The position numbers were made by a program, and so were the translations under genes. The notes beneath the pieces were generated by a model. It saw nothing but the letters and a program-made list of their open reading frames with translations, was not told where the DNA came from and did not search any database. From the sequence record PZ000613.1: a stretch of 64,000 nt of DNA. One strand, 5' to 3'. Source of the DNA: a phage. Shown here in pieces: positions 36,403 through 47,491 of this stretch; within the stretch, counting starts at the first letter, position 1, and each line of letters begins with the position of its first letter.

Positions 36403-36720
36403 ATGGCAGACCATGTAGGAAAGAGAGATTATGCACAAGAAAGACGTACCGCAATTGCCCGTGGTGAAACAGGCGTTGGGAGCAAGAGCGGAGATGCTCA
36501 GCGCCACCGTGCACGTCGCATCGTTGAAAAGCGCGATGGAAAAGCTGCTATCAGAGGTAAGGACGTTGGACACAAACGAGCTGTCAAGTCTGGAGGCTCT
36601 AATGCGTCAAGCAACTTACGTGTTGAATCAGTCAGCTCAAACCGTTCAAACGGCGGCAAAAGTGGTGATCGAGCTGGAAAAGCAAACGGAGCTAGGAAGG
36701 GGGCGTTGAGTGGTTCTTGA
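36403..36720 (+). CDS. Hypothetical basic Gly/Ser/Arg-rich protein (105 aa)
   Basis: Strong SD TAAGGAG 6 nt before ATG; alternative frame 36431-36709 lacks SD. Confidence 0.45.
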   Translation: MADHVGKRDYAQERRTAIARGETGVGSKSGDAQRHRARRIVEKRDGKAAIRGKDVGHKRAVKSGGSNASSNLRVESVSSNRSNGGKSGDRAGKANGARKGALSGS

Positions 36721-37201
36721 TGACACCCTATCTTACGATGCGGTCACAGGTAACCTATACTACACAAGATCTCCAAGCAAAGGAGCGATGTGGAACAAAA
36801 GCCATCCCGGAAAGATAGCTGGGTGTAGGATATCGAAAGGTTATATAGGTGTGTATTTCCAAGGAAGACAATGGAGAGCGCACCGACTTATAGCTACACA
36901 CTTTATACCAAACCCTAACAATTATCCAGAAGTCAACCACATTAATGGGGTAAAAGACGATAATCGACTGGAGAATCTTGAATGGGTATCCGCTTCTGAA
37001 AACATACAACATTCCTTTGATATAGGATTGAATAAAGGACATATTCGTGACAATAACGGAATGACCAAGCTATCCTCTGGAGATGTTGTAAAGATCAAAC
37101 AGATGTATGTGAAGGGTTCTAGGGATTTTGGCTCTAGAGGTCTTGGTAAGCTGTTTGGCGTGAGCCATACAGCTATACTCCATGCTTTAAAGGAGCTTTA
37201 A
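36710..37201 (+). CDS. HNH homing endonuclease
   Basis: AHRLIATHF...VNHINGVKDDNRLENLEW HNH motif. Confidence 0.7.
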   Translation: MVLDDTLSYDAVTGNLYYTRSPSKGAMWNKSHPGKIAGCRISKGYIGVYFQGRQWRAHRLIATHFIPNPNNYPEVNHINGVKDDNRLENLEWVSASENIQHSFDIGLNKGHIRDNNGMTKLSSGDVVKIKQMYVKGSRDFGSRGLGKLFGVSHTAILHALKEL

Positions 37202-37219
37202 GCTCATAAAGAGGTTATA

Positions 37220-37513
37220 GTGTCAGCAGAAACAAAAAGATGTACAATTCACACTTACTGTAAATTCTGTAAAGCAGAGGGTGTAAAAAGAGTTGCAACT
37301 TTAATGACCAAGTATTCTCCAATTAGGGGGTACAGGGACAACTATAAGCACTACTCTTGCAGTGATCACTCCCATCTGTTAGAAGATACAGATCCGAATA
37401 GAACAAGGAGAGAGCATAACATCAACCTGAGAGCTACTCTCAAGGAGATGAAAAACAGCTCTCGGAACAACCATTACACTGAAGCTGACTATCAAACTTG
37501 GCTTCGTCTCTAG
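37220..37513 (+). CDS. Hypothetical Cys/His-rich protein (GTG start)
   Basis: ORF 97 aa with CTIHTYCKFC...CSDHSH. Confidence 0.45.
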   Translation: MSAETKRCTIHTYCKFCKAEGVKRVATLMTKYSPIRGYRDNYKHYSCSDHSHLLEDTDPNRTRREHNINLRATLKEMKNSSRNNHYTEADYQTWLRL

Positions 37514-37516
37514 AAC

Positions 37517-37549
37517 AAAGGCTGCCTAATCGGGTGGCCTTTTCTTTTA
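37517..37549 (+). terminator. Rho-independent terminator
   Basis: AAAGGCTGCC...GGTGGCCTTT hairpin plus TTTCTTTT. Confidence 0.6.
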
Positions 37550-37582
37550 TATAAACTAAATTAAACTTCTTAGGTAATAACT

Positions 37583-37831
37583 ATGTCTATTGTAAAAACT
37601 GTAACTATTATTGATGTAATGCCTATCCGTCTTGTTAAGTGGAAATTCACTAATAATCACGGCATTGCTGATATCATTGCAAACCAGATTAGCCACAACC
37701 CAAAAACAGCTCGTACTAACGTAATCCTCCGTGGTGCTGACGGGAAGTTCATTTCTTATAAGAATAAAGATGTAGAGAAAGATTTTCGTGTTGCAGTAGA
37801 AAACCTCATCCCATTCCCTAAAGGAGTTTAA
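37583..37831 (+). CDS. Tandem paralog family C member 1
   Basis: Shares KTARTNV.LRGADGKFISY...PFPKG with next gene. Confidence 0.6.
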   Translation: MSIVKTVTIIDVMPIRLVKWKFTNNHGIADIIANQISHNPKTARTNVILRGADGKFISYKNKDVEKDFRVAVENLIPFPKGV

Positions 37832-37832
37832 T

Positions 37833-38117
37833 ATGAATAAGTTAGCTATGGTTCAAATTCGGGACACATACCCTAACCGCCCGGAGCAGAAACCGCGTAC
37901 TTGGTCTTATCTGTTGGCTGAAAGTAAGACTATTGACAAATACGCTGTAGGAATTGATGCTATCCCAACTAGTATCACATTGCTCCCTCACAAAACAGCC
38001 AGAACCCATGTGATGTTACGTGATAGTAAAGGTAAGTTTATCTCTTATCGTGATTCACGAATCAATAATGAAATTAAATCTGCTATGGAATTTTTGATGC
38101 CATTCCCGAAAGGTTGA
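37833..38117 (+). CDS. Tandem paralog family C member 2
   Basis: KTARTHVMLRDSKGKFISY...PFPKG. Confidence 0.6.
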   Translation: MNKLAMVQIRDTYPNRPEQKPRTWSYLLAESKTIDKYAVGIDAIPTSITLLPHKTARTHVMLRDSKGKFISYRDSRINNEIKSAMEFLMPFPKG

Positions 38118-38120
38118 GTG

Positions 38121-38279
38121 ATGAAAGAATACATTTACGTAGGACAGCGCTGGTTCGGTGATGAATGGGAAGGTGGATACAGCGTTGTGAAAGCTTTTAA
38201 GTCTGAAGAAGATGCCAAGTCATGGGTCTTAAAAGACGACGTTGGCGAGAGAACTTACATTGAAGTAGAGGTGGAGTAG
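38121..38279 (+). CDS. Small hypothetical protein (52 aa)
   Basis: ATG with AGGTTGAG upstream; stop 2 nt before next ATG. Confidence 0.4.
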   Translation: MKEYIYVGQRWFGDEWEGGYSVVKAFKSEEDAKSWVLKDDVGERTYIEVEVE

Positions 38280-38280
38280 G

Positions 38281-38703
38281 ATGCCATTACCAGCTAGACA
38301 CCAAAACCGTTTCTTAGTTCTAAAGTGGGATGATATCGAAATGAATCTCACTGAACATGAACTAGATTTGTTCCATGAACTATTATCAGAGATTCGCTCT
38401 GGTATTCCTGAACGTCAGTATGTGGTTATCAGCGATAAACACCCTCAAGAGTTTGAAGAAGCTTGGGGTATGAAGCTAGCTTACATTCAAAGAGCTATTC
38501 GAGAAAGGGAAGAGGTTGCTAATCAGAGAGTTGTGGCTCATCTGGTACGAGAACAACCTCGTGAAGCCAGAGCTACACATACACCTCCTCCGCCCCCTCC
38601 TTGGACAGTTGTCAACGGGACGGTTAGGGCTTATAGTGATGAAGCAACTATGCTGAATGTAGTAGAAGATAACCAAGCATTTACAGATTTACTTTACCAA
38701 TAA
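38281..38703 (+). CDS. Hypothetical protein with poly-Pro tract (140 aa)
   Basis: ATG ORF; THTPPPPPPW. Confidence 0.55.
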   Translation: MPLPARHQNRFLVLKWDDIEMNLTEHELDLFHELLSEIRSGIPERQYVVISDKHPQEFEEAWGMKLAYIQRAIREREEVANQRVVAHLVREQPREARATHTPPPPPPWTVVNGTVRAYSDEATMLNVVEDNQAFTDLLYQ

Positions 38704-38719
38704 TTTAAAGGAGTATAAA

Positions 38720-40564
38720 GTGAGCAACCCGGACGCTCTTCCATTTTTGACAGAGATGACTGTCGCTGATATAATCTCTAAGCAAGCAAAGCACGGAGTG
38801 AGTTTCAACCGAAGAAATGCTCGGTGGTATGTTCACCTCCTTAAAGAGATTATTGTTAATATTGACAGAGAGTTGATTCCTCTCTTACCTAAGATGAGAT
38901 TAGACGGCTCTACTTATATGAAGCCGTTTAAGAAGTCTGGAGCTTTACAGAAGTGGCCTCAAGCCTATTGTGATAGGGTTGGGCTGAAGAGAGAAGATAT
39001 TGGTGGAGCTTTCACCTGTGTCGAATACGTAGACTTTGACCCATCGAAAGATGCACGAGTTAAAGAAGCTCTTATGGATGAGGGCTTTCTTCCTCCAGAG
39101 TTTAACGTATCTAAGAAGCCTTGGAATACTTTCGAAATTAAGAAAGATATGAGAAAGTATGGAACATATCAAGCATGGTATACTGCTTGGATGCGAGGCA
39201 ATGCTAAGCAGAAGCAGACAGCCGAGATGGTTGACGCTGATATTAAGAAGTTCTTAGAAAAGCATTTCAGGTTTAAGACTAAGAACTATATGAAGGCTTA
39301 CGTATTTGGTTTAGGATTAAACCCTAATCGCCGTAACCCTGTAACGTTTGATGAGATTAAGAAAGCACTAGCCACATCAAACAAGTGGCCTACAGCTCCT
39401 ACAAACCTCGAGGAGACTCTTGAAGAAGGGTTAGGGGGTGAGCTAGGGAGTGTTGGAAGTTTGCTTAAGAGACGCGTTGTAGCGGCTCACAGGCTAGGTC
39501 TTATCAGTGGACTCATAGCAAAGGAACGCGAAGATGGTAAACTTTCGGCAGAAGCTAACAGCTGCGCTACGCCAACTTTTCGATTCAAACATCGTATCGT
39601 GGTTAATATTCCCTCCCGTGGTTTGTTTGGTCACGAGTGTCGCAGTTTGTTTGAGTCTGACTATAACTCAGACAGTGATCACTCTCGTCCTTTCGTTATT
39701 ACTAACGTTGTTCCTGATGGTTGTTATATACGAAAAGGTACTAACGTAATTTATGAGAAAGGTAAGCCGGGGAAGAAAGATAAACCTATAGGTGCTTACA
39801 AATATTACATACCCGCTGGTAAAGAAGTATTCTTAGGGTATGATGGTTCTGGACTTGAACTTCGTATGCTCGCTCACTACCTCATTAAAGAGTGTAGAGA
39901 TATGCTTGCTGAGGCAATTGAAGAGAACAATCCAGCTAAGAAAGCTCTGGCAGAACGTGGTTTAGCTTCTGCTATTATGTATCGTGATATCCTTCTTGAA
40001 GGTGATATCCACTCCCACAACCAGAAACTTGCTGGCCTTCCTACTCGTGACAACGCTAAAACGTTTATCTATGCATTCAACTATGGTGCTGGCGACGCTA
40101 AGCTTGGCTCAATTGTAGGTGGTGGGGCTGACGAAGGTTCAGTGATGCGAGCACGTTTCTTAGCAGAGAACCCATGTATTGCAATCCTCATTGATCGTAT
40201 GACAGAGAAAGCTGCTCAGGGATACTTGATTGGTGTTGATGGTCGTAAGATTACAATGAGAAGAGATGCCACTGGTAAAGTTATGGTTCATAAAGCCCTT
40301 AACACACTTCTGCAATGTGCTGGTGCTGTTGTTATGAAATACGCTATGATGTTCCTTAACAAGTGGATTGAGAAGGATGGGGTTCGTTGTGCTAAGGTAA
40401 TTGATATGCACGATGAGGGCCAATTCTCAGTGAACCGTAATGATGTACAGAAACTCAAAGAACACACTGAGCTTTGTGTTAAGAAAGCTGGTGAGTACTT
40501 GAACATGGAATGTCCTCTGGCTTCTGATTGTCAGATTGGATTAAATTGGATGCATACGCACTAA
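38720..40564 (+). CDS. Family-A DNA polymerase, polymerase domain only (GTG start)
   Basis: Motif A DGSGLELRMLAHY, motif B RDNAKTFIYAFNYGAG, motif C VIDMHDEGQF; SD AAGGAG 6 nt upstream; no exonuclease domain in this ORF. Confidence 0.85.
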   Translation: MSNPDALPFLTEMTVADIISKQAKHGVSFNRRNARWYVHLLKEIIVNIDRELIPLLPKMRLDGSTYMKPFKKSGALQKWPQAYCDRVGLKREDIGGAFTCVEYVDFDPSKDARVKEALMDEGFLPPEFNVSKKPWNTFEIKKDMRKYGTYQAWYTAWMRGNAKQKQTAEMVDADIKKFLEKHFRFKTKNYMKAYVFGLGLNPNRRNPVTFDEIKKALATSNKWPTAPTNLEETLEEGLGGELGSVGSLLKRRVVAAHRLGLISGLIAKEREDGKLSAEANSCATPTFRFKHRIVVNIPSRGLFGHECRSLFESDYNSDSDHSRPFVITNVVPDGCYIRKGTNVIYEKGKPGKKDKPIGAYKYYIPAGKEVFLGYDGSGLELRMLAHYLIKECRDMLAEAIEENNPAKKALAERGLASAIMYRDILLEGDIHSHNQKLAGLPTRDNAKTFIYAFNYGAGDAKLGSIVGGGADEGSVMRARFLAENPCIAILIDRMTEKAAQGYLIGVDGRKITMRRDATGKVMVHKALNTLLQCAGAVVMKYAMMFLNKWIEKDGVRCAKVIDMHDEGQFSVNRNDVQKLKEHTELCVKKAGEYLNMECPLASDCQIGLNWMHTH

Positions 40565-40761
40565 AGCCAGAACTGAAAGACAGGAACACAAATGAACTAG
40601 TATTATTGATTAGTTCATCATAAGGAGATTGAAGTGGAAGAGATGCCATCGGATTGGTGTTATCGTCAAAGCGCCATCTGTAATGAACAAGGACGTCCTG
40701 ATGAGGCTGAGTTCTATCTAGAGCTGGCTGAGTTGTGGAAAGAACGAGAGGAGAAAGAGTG

Positions 40762-40926
40762 ATGGAAGGTATTTACCGTAAACCACCTCCTAAGTACAAC
40801 ATCCTATATACTACATCGGGTGGTGTATTTGAGAGTGTGCTAGTGTATACAGATTTAGAACGAGATGAGAAGATTGCCGAAATTGAACTAGCCGGTGGTA
40901 CAATCATGCGAATTTATACAATGTAA
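40762..40926 (+). CDS. Small hypothetical protein (54 aa)
   Basis: Internal ATG overlapping stop of a possible 42-aa upstream ORF (40634-40762). Confidence 0.45.
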   Translation: MEGIYRKPPPKYNILYTTSGGVFESVLVYTDLERDEKIAEIELAGGTIMRIYTM

Positions 40927-40940
40927 AATAAGGAATATCA

Positions 40941-41117
40941 ATGACTGCTTCTGAATTAAAAGAAACCCTATCCACGGAAGAAGGTAAAGCTTTCTTCTTA
41001 TCTCAAGTACACTCTATGGGTAAAGATGCCCTTCGCCAAGCAGTCGTTGAGCTTACTGGTGTAGTGATTGACTTGAGTATTGAAAATGAAACACTTGAAG
41101 CTAAAGTGAACGGTTAA
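40941..41117 (+). CDS. Small hypothetical protein (58 aa)
   Basis: SD AAGGAA upstream of ATG; terminator downstream. Confidence 0.45.
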   Translation: MTASELKETLSTEEGKAFFLSQVHSMGKDALRQAVVELTGVVIDLSIENETLEAKVNG

Positions 41118-41123
41118 ATAAGA

Positions 41124-41147
41124 AGCTGCCTTAGGGCGGCTTTTCTT
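41124..41147 (+). terminator. Rho-independent terminator
   Basis: AGCTGCC-ttag-GGCGGCT hairpin plus TTTTCTT. Confidence 0.65.
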
Positions 41148-41163
41148 GTCTAAAGGATTTGAC

Positions 41164-41556
41164 ATGAATATTGGTTTAGATTACGATGATACTTACACCT
41201 CAGATAAGAAGCTGTGGCGCTCTGTGGTGGCATTAATGCAAGCCAAAGGTTATGATGTACGATTTGTAACTTATCGCTTTGCAGAGCCTAATGGATATGA
41301 TAATCACGACATTAAGATTGATGCAGAATGTTTGCAGATTCCTATCATCTTTTGTAATGGTGTGCAGAAGGATGAGGTCTGTCGACAGTTAGGCTTCTTC
41401 GTTGATATCTGGATTGACGACTTCCCTGTTGGAATCCCCAAAAAGGACCACCTAGACGGTATGCTGAAGGGCGTAAGACTTAATGACCTTAGGGCAGCAC
41501 CTCCTGTAGAAATAGCCGCTCCTGTGTACTCTGAAGAGCCTTTGGTGATTCGATGA
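41164..41556 (+). CDS. Possible HAD-like phosphatase/nucleotidase
   Basis: N-terminal IGLDYDDTYT fits HAD motif I DxDxT; rest unassigned. Confidence 0.4.
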   Translation: MNIGLDYDDTYTSDKKLWRSVVALMQAKGYDVRFVTYRFAEPNGYDNHDIKIDAECLQIPIIFCNGVQKDEVCRQLGFFVDIWIDDFPVGIPKKDHLDGMLKGVRLNDLRAAPPVEIAAPVYSEEPLVIR

Positions 41557-41729
41557 AGAAGATAATTCTTTGGGCTTTAGGTATAGCTCTATTCCTGTAT
41601 CTTATCGATATCGGAGGGGATGCCAGTAGAGAAGACTGTGAAGTGAGATTGTCTCAGGAATTTAAGTCAGAGACAAAGTGGGTTAACGGTCGATGCTATG
41701 TAAAAGATTGGGGAAGAACTTCTCGATGA
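41553..41729 (+). CDS. Small membrane/secreted protein (58 aa)
   Basis: ATGA coupling; hydrophobic N-terminus. Confidence 0.4.
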   Translation: MKKIILWALGIALFLYLIDIGGDASREDCEVRLSQEFKSETKWVNGRCYVKDWGRTSR

Positions 41730-41893
41730 AAAAGTATAGTGTATGGTTTAACGAAGTAGAAGAAGGTTTTGATGAAGTTGGAGGATGGGTAAATATCCTA
41801 AACACTGACGACATAGAAGAGGCCGAGAAGTGCGCCCTAAACTATAACTCTGGATATTATGAAAGAAATTGGGAATATAAGGAAGAAGTATGA
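41726..41893 (+). CDS. Small hypothetical protein (55 aa)
   Basis: ATGA coupling. Confidence 0.4.
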   Translation: MKKYSVWFNEVEEGFDEVGGWVNILNTDDIEEAEKCALNYNSGYYERNWEYKEEV

Positions 41894-42033
41894 TTTGGAT
41901 TCACACTTACAGAATTGGAAAGAAAGAGATCACCGTTGTACATCACTCTGAGGAAAGTGCAATTGCTTCTCAGGAAGTCTTGAAAGGTGAAGTTAAAACA
42001 TACGTCGAAGTAAAAGCTAAATCTTGGTCATAA
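41890..42033 (+). CDS. Small hypothetical protein (47 aa)
   Basis: ATGA coupling. Confidence 0.35.
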   Translation: MIWIHTYRIGKKEITVVHHSEESAIASQEVLKGEVKTYVEVKAKSWS

Positions 42034-42048
42034 TTAATAGGAGTAAAA

Positions 42049-42264
42049 ATGGAATACATTGATAAATACTCAAGTGAAGATTCAACAAACGCTGAAGTTT
42101 TATTTATACTAAAAACAGACTGTCTTGAACATGGTCAACTTATCAATTTCATTGAGTTGGCAAAACTTAAAGAAGAGATAGATCAACTGTATAGCGATGA
42201 GCAGTCTCGTTTGTTGTCACTGTCCCTTCTCGGAGATCTTACCTGTGATGGATGTACTATCTAA
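42049..42264 (+). CDS. Hypothetical acidic protein (71 aa)
   Basis: Strong SD AGGAG upstream of ATG. Confidence 0.5.
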   Translation: MEYIDKYSSEDSTNAEVLFILKTDCLEHGQLINFIELAKLKEEIDQLYSDEQSRLLSLSLLGDLTCDGCTI

Positions 42265-42424
42265 CTCTGAGAAAAAGAAGATCTCAGTATTTAAAGAACC
42301 TGTAGTTTATAAAGACTCTATCAGAGATCAATATAATGAGATGTTAAAGAAACAAGCTGATTCTAATCTTCGTTATCAGAGGATATTAGAACAAACTAAC
42401 TTTAAAGGTTTACTTGAATGGTAA
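42248..42424 (+). CDS. Small hypothetical protein (58 aa)
   Basis: Internal ATG overlapping upstream gene end. Confidence 0.4.
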   Translation: MDVLSNSEKKKISVFKEPVVYKDSIRDQYNEMLKKQADSNLRYQRILEQTNFKGLLEW

Positions 42425-42772
42425 CTTATATCCTTTACTTTTTAGCTTTCTTAGGAATAATCTTTTTATCTATTATTCTTGAATTTGGTTTAAGTAAGTT
42501 AGTTAATTATTTAGGTAATAAGTAATTAATATTCTTTTAAATAGAGAATCAAAGTCCCTAGGAGTCCCTACAACCTAAATCAAGGATTCCTTAATTCTCT
42601 ATTTTTATCTCGCAGGTGGCTCCTGCCCTTCGGTACTTGCAAGGGATTCTGTGAATTGCCCAATATACAAGCCTGCAATAACTTTATCAGCTATACAATA
42701 TATACATTACTAGTGTGTTATATCTACTACCAAAGATACTTATATTATATAGTACTCTTATCGGTATAAGCG

Positions 42773-42781
42773 TAATGTATA
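42773..42781 (+). promoter_or_regulatory. TAATGTATA candidate phage-sigma promoter element upstream of ssb
   Basis: Exact 9-mer 60 nt before ATG 42841; inverted copy (TATACATTA) at 42701-42709. Confidence 0.4.
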
Positions 42782-42840
42782 CTATACATAACCGCTCAAA
42801 GAGAGCAACAATCTTTCAAATTAAATAAGGAAATTAAAAT

Positions 42841-43587
42841 ATGTCTATGATTCCAACTATCGCAACTGCTTCCCGTAAATCCAACTACGATGTAATCCCT
42901 GATGGTGAATACGAAGCACGTATCGTTCGTGTGGTAGGTTTAGGTGTTCACAATCGTGACCCTTGGATTGACCCGAAGACCAAAGCAGTAACTCCTAAGA
43001 ATCCGGCTTTCCGTATGGATTTGGCTTTCGAGCTGATTGGTGTTGATGCTACTGGTAAAGATTCCGATGGTAAGGCATTAGAACCACGTCCTGCTTGCCA
43101 GTTCAAGAGCTATGATGTAAACCCACGAGCTAAGAACTCTGGTATTCTTGATCTTTGCAAGATGATTGACCCAAGTATTCAAGCACTGAAAGGTGATCTG
43201 TCTTGGTTCAAGGATGTTCTGTTAGGCCAGCCTGTTAACATTCTGGTTAACTCTTACACTAACAAAGCTGGTGAAGTTAAAAACTCCATCAAAACCATTT
43301 CTCCAATCCCAACCAAATATCGTGCAGCAGTTGGTGAAGCTCGTAGTCCTCTGGTATTCTTCGAACCGTATGCTGAAACCGATGAGAACGTAGCATCCTA
43401 TCAACTGATGTTCCCGTTCCAGCGCAACCTGCTTACTCAAGCTAATGACGCTAAGAACATGCCTCTGGCTGGTCGTGAAATTACTCGTGCTTCTGAAACA
43501 GAGCAGAAAGAAGCTACTCCTTCAATCCCTACGATTGATAAAGAGCCTGCTTCTACTTACGAAGACGACAACGATAGCCCATTCTAA
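42841..43587 (+). CDS. ssb: Single-stranded DNA-binding protein
   Basis: Acidic C-terminal tail ending DDNDSPF (compare E. coli SSB DDDIPF); long AT-rich leader; strong terminator downstream. Confidence 0.65.
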   Translation: MSMIPTIATASRKSNYDVIPDGEYEARIVRVVGLGVHNRDPWIDPKTKAVTPKNPAFRMDLAFELIGVDATGKDSDGKALEPRPACQFKSYDVNPRAKNSGILDLCKMIDPSIQALKGDLSWFKDVLLGQPVNILVNSYTNKAGEVKNSIKTISPIPTKYRAAVGEARSPLVFFEPYAETDENVASYQLMFPFQRNLLTQANDAKNMPLAGREITRASETEQKEATPSIPTIDKEPASTYEDDNDSPF

Positions 43588-43608
43588 TAACTCTCCTTGT
43601 TATAGCTT

Positions 43609-43632
43609 AGCCACCTCCGGGTGGCTTTTTTC
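43609..43632 (+). terminator. Rho-independent terminator
   Basis: AGCCACC-tccg-GGTGGCT hairpin plus TTTTTT. Confidence 0.7.
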
Positions 43633-43879
43633 GTTGGAGACAACATGCAAAACACATTAAGTGATAACTTAGGGTTTATCGTTTTCTCAGCTCTTGTATT
43701 CTTTGGTGGTATGAAGTTTAACGAGTACCAAACAGACAGCAGTAATCTGGACAAAGAGAAGCACCAGCAAGAGTTAGAGATTGAAAGAAGTAGGGCAGCT
43801 GATGAAGTTGCTCAGAGGGTTCTTACCGGTTTATCTAACTGGAAGAAGAACACGGAAACCGTTTATAAAGAGATGCATT

Positions 43880-45163
<1,284 letters not shown>

Positions 45164-45173
<10 letters not shown>

Positions 45174-45700
45174 CCGAGTTTGAATCCAAAAAAGCAGAAG
45201 TTATTGTACTAACAGAGAAGTTAAAAGCGAAGACTAAGACAATCTCTATGTTACGTGCAATTATTGACAGTTATCGTAAATCCATTGAAGAGGTTTCATC
45301 CGGTTCTGCTGATACAGAGATACGGTATGCAATGAGAAAATTGACAGTAAAACCACCAGTAGGTGAAGAATACCCAATCTATTCTTCTGTTCCTGTGGTT
45401 AGTTTTAAGAATATAGCTGAACAAACCAGCAAAAGAAGTCCAGCTTTAGACACTATGGTTGGGGGTGCACACTATAACCCTGAATCTAAAGTTATTCAGC
45501 CTATTGAATTTTACCATGCAAACCCACAGTTGAACTTCCAACAAACCAACATGATCAAATATGCTTATCGACACAAAGATAAGAACAAGACTCAAGATTT
45601 GTTGAAGGTTGTTCACTATGCACTACTTGAGTGTGGGTTTGAGTATCCTGAAGAGTACGATAATTTCCGCAATGAAATACGTAAGCTGTTAGGAGAATAA
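45164..45700 (+). CDS. Hypothetical protein (178 aa)
   Basis: Overlaps upstream stop. Confidence 0.55.
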
Positions 45701-45701
45701 T

Positions 45702-46520
45702 ATGGAAGACGTTAAGCTCCCTGAAGTAGCTATAGTGGATGCTGACGTTCTTCGATATGAAGTGGGTGCTCTTACTCAGGAGCATCCCTTCCTTGACACA
45801 GGACGTGTTCCAGTTGATTACAATTTCATGATTGAACGACTTCAGTATAAGATTGATACGATCATAGCTAGATCGGGTTGCAGTAAAGTTGTGTTCTACT
45901 TCAGCGAAGGTGGTAATTTCCGTTTCGATGTTGCCAAGCAACAAGGTTACAAAGCAAATAGACCTCCTGGAGAAAGACCTTTCCACTGGCAAAACGTTGG
46001 TGATTACATCAAAGACAAGTACGAATACATTGATGTATTTGGAAGAGAGGCTGATGATGCGCTAGCTGAGAGACAGCGTAGGGATAAGAACACTATCATC
46101 TGTACCAGAGACAAAGATTTATTAATAACCCCCGGATGGCACTATCGTTGGGCCTGTGGAGAGAAACAAAGAGAAGTACCTCCTCATTATGTATCTGACT
46201 TGGTATCATGGCAAAATTTCTTCTATCAAATGTTGATTGGGGATGGTACAGATAACATTCCCGGATGTGGTGAACGTAAAGAAGTTATGTGGGGCGGTAA
46301 GCTCCAGCTACGACGTCAAGGTGTCGGGAAGAAAGCAGCAGCTAGTCTGTTGGCTGGTGTTACAGATAAGTGGACCATGTATCATATAGTACGAATGGAA
46401 TATTATAAGAAGTTCGATACTGAAGATGAAGAGAAGATGCTTGAGAATGCTCGGCTGCTCTTTGTTGGTCAGACTCCGGAAGACCTGTTCGACTGGACAT
46501 GGTTAGATAAATCTTGGTAA
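45702..46520 (+). CDS. 5'-3' exonuclease / flap endonuclease (FEN; T4 RNase H/T7 gp6-like)
   Basis: IVDADVLRY, YKANR, GREADDALA, TRDKDLL and H3TH IGDGTDNIPG motifs. Confidence 0.8.
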   Translation: MEDVKLPEVAIVDADVLRYEVGALTQEHPFLDTGRVPVDYNFMIERLQYKIDTIIARSGCSKVVFYFSEGGNFRFDVAKQQGYKANRPPGERPFHWQNVGDYIKDKYEYIDVFGREADDALAERQRRDKNTIICTRDKDLLITPGWHYRWACGEKQREVPPHYVSDLVSWQNFFYQMLIGDGTDNIPGCGERKEVMWGGKLQLRRQGVGKKAAASLLAGVTDKWTMYHIVRMEYYKKFDTEDEEKMLENARLLFVGQTPEDLFDWTWLDKSW

Positions 46521-46533
46521 TAAGGATATTGTA

Positions 46534-46713
46534 ATGGGTAAATTTGATTATCGTTCATATGATGAAAACTCCTCCAATCGTGAATCTCGTAAAGACCAAA
46601 AGATTAAACATCAACTGTTTGATCAGCGGACTGGTCGTATTCCTCGTGAGGGCAAAGTGAGCCATCGTGTAAACAAACGAGTTTGGGAAGAAGCTGATTA
46701 TGGCGAAGTCTGA
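46534..46713 (+). CDS. Small hypothetical protein (59 aa)
   Basis: SD AAGGA upstream of ATG. Confidence 0.4.
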   Translation: MGKFDYRSYDENSSNRESRKDQKIKHQLFDQRTGRIPREGKVSHRVNKRVWEEADYGEV

Positions 46714-47101
46714 GAAGACTCGCTGTAGTGGAATGTGGACTGAAGCTCGTTACAACTCTTTCATCAAGTCAGGGATTCGTTCTCTGACTAGAAAGTGGAA
46801 GCCCATGTTCGATGCACTAGCAGACGCCAAGACAGAGCAGAAGATTAATCCGAAGACAGGAAGACTGGCAATGCACTTTAAGTGTGCCATGTGCGGTTCT
46901 GACCACCCTGTAAAGGATATGGCTATTGACCATATAGAACCTATAGTCCCTCTTGACCACGAAGCAACTTGGGATGAGATCATCTCTCGTGCTCTGTGTG
47001 AGAAAGAGGGTTTTCAGGTTCTATGTAAAGACCCTTGTCATAAGATTAAAACAAAAGAAGAGAATGATGCAAGAAAACAATTCAAAAAAGGAAATGAGTG
47101 A
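46700..47101 (+). CDS. HNH endonuclease (McrA-like)
   Basis: CAMCG...DHIEPI...H...LCKDPCHKIK HNH/Zn motif; at end of the rightward block. Confidence 0.65.
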   Translation: MAKSEKTRCSGMWTEARYNSFIKSGIRSLTRKWKPMFDALADAKTEQKINPKTGRLAMHFKCAMCGSDHPVKDMAIDHIEPIVPLDHEATWDEIISRALCEKEGFQVLCKDPCHKIKTKEENDARKQFKKGNE

Positions 47102-47321
47102 TGATCAAAAATCTACGCAACAAGTGCTTCGCTTTCGCTATCGCAATTGGAGAGGCGAGGTTGCTGACCGGTCCGTTATTCCACTCCGAACCTCCGTTGC
47201 TAGCTCCCGTTTTCATAACGATGGCAAACCTTGTTGGATTATGACAGCGATAGATGTAGAGAAAGATGAGATTCGAGAGTTCAAACTCTCTGACATTATT
47301 CAGTATTACAATTTAATCTAG
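47094..47321 (+). CDS. Small hypothetical protein (about 75 aa; start uncertain)
   Basis: Frame overlapping HNH gene end; candidate starts at 47064 or 47094. Confidence 0.35.
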   Translation: MSDDQKSTQQVLRFRYRNWRGEVADRSVIPLRTSVASSRFHNDGKPCWIMTAIDVEKDEIREFKLSDIIQYYNLI

Positions 47322-47329
47322 GAACTGAC

Positions 47330-47491
47330 ATGATCACACAAGCAGATAAAAATAAACTCTTCGACTTAATCCACGATCTATTAGAAGCTCAGAGTTTTAT
47401 TGACAATGCCGATACTTGGGAGATGGAAGCAGCTGGAAAAGCTTTTGATGAAAGTGAAGAGAAACTTACTAATTTTATAAACACAATCTAG
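47330..47491 (+). CDS. Small hypothetical acidic protein (53 aa)
   Basis: SD AGGAAC upstream of ATG. Confidence 0.4.
   Translation: MITQADKNKLFDLIHDLLEAQSFIDNADTWEMEAAGKAFDESEEKLTNFINTI

Noticed and set aside
36431-36709. Alternative reading frame overlapping 36403-36720
   Set aside because: No ribosome-binding site, whereas the 36403 frame has TAAGGAG at ideal spacing; cannot be excluded without homology data
42540-42606. Long inverted repeat AATAGAGAAT...ATTCTCTATT followed by TTTTT, as a terminator
   Set aside because: The 44-nt loop is far longer than a typical intrinsic terminator; may be a structured element of the AT-rich ssb leader, left unannotated
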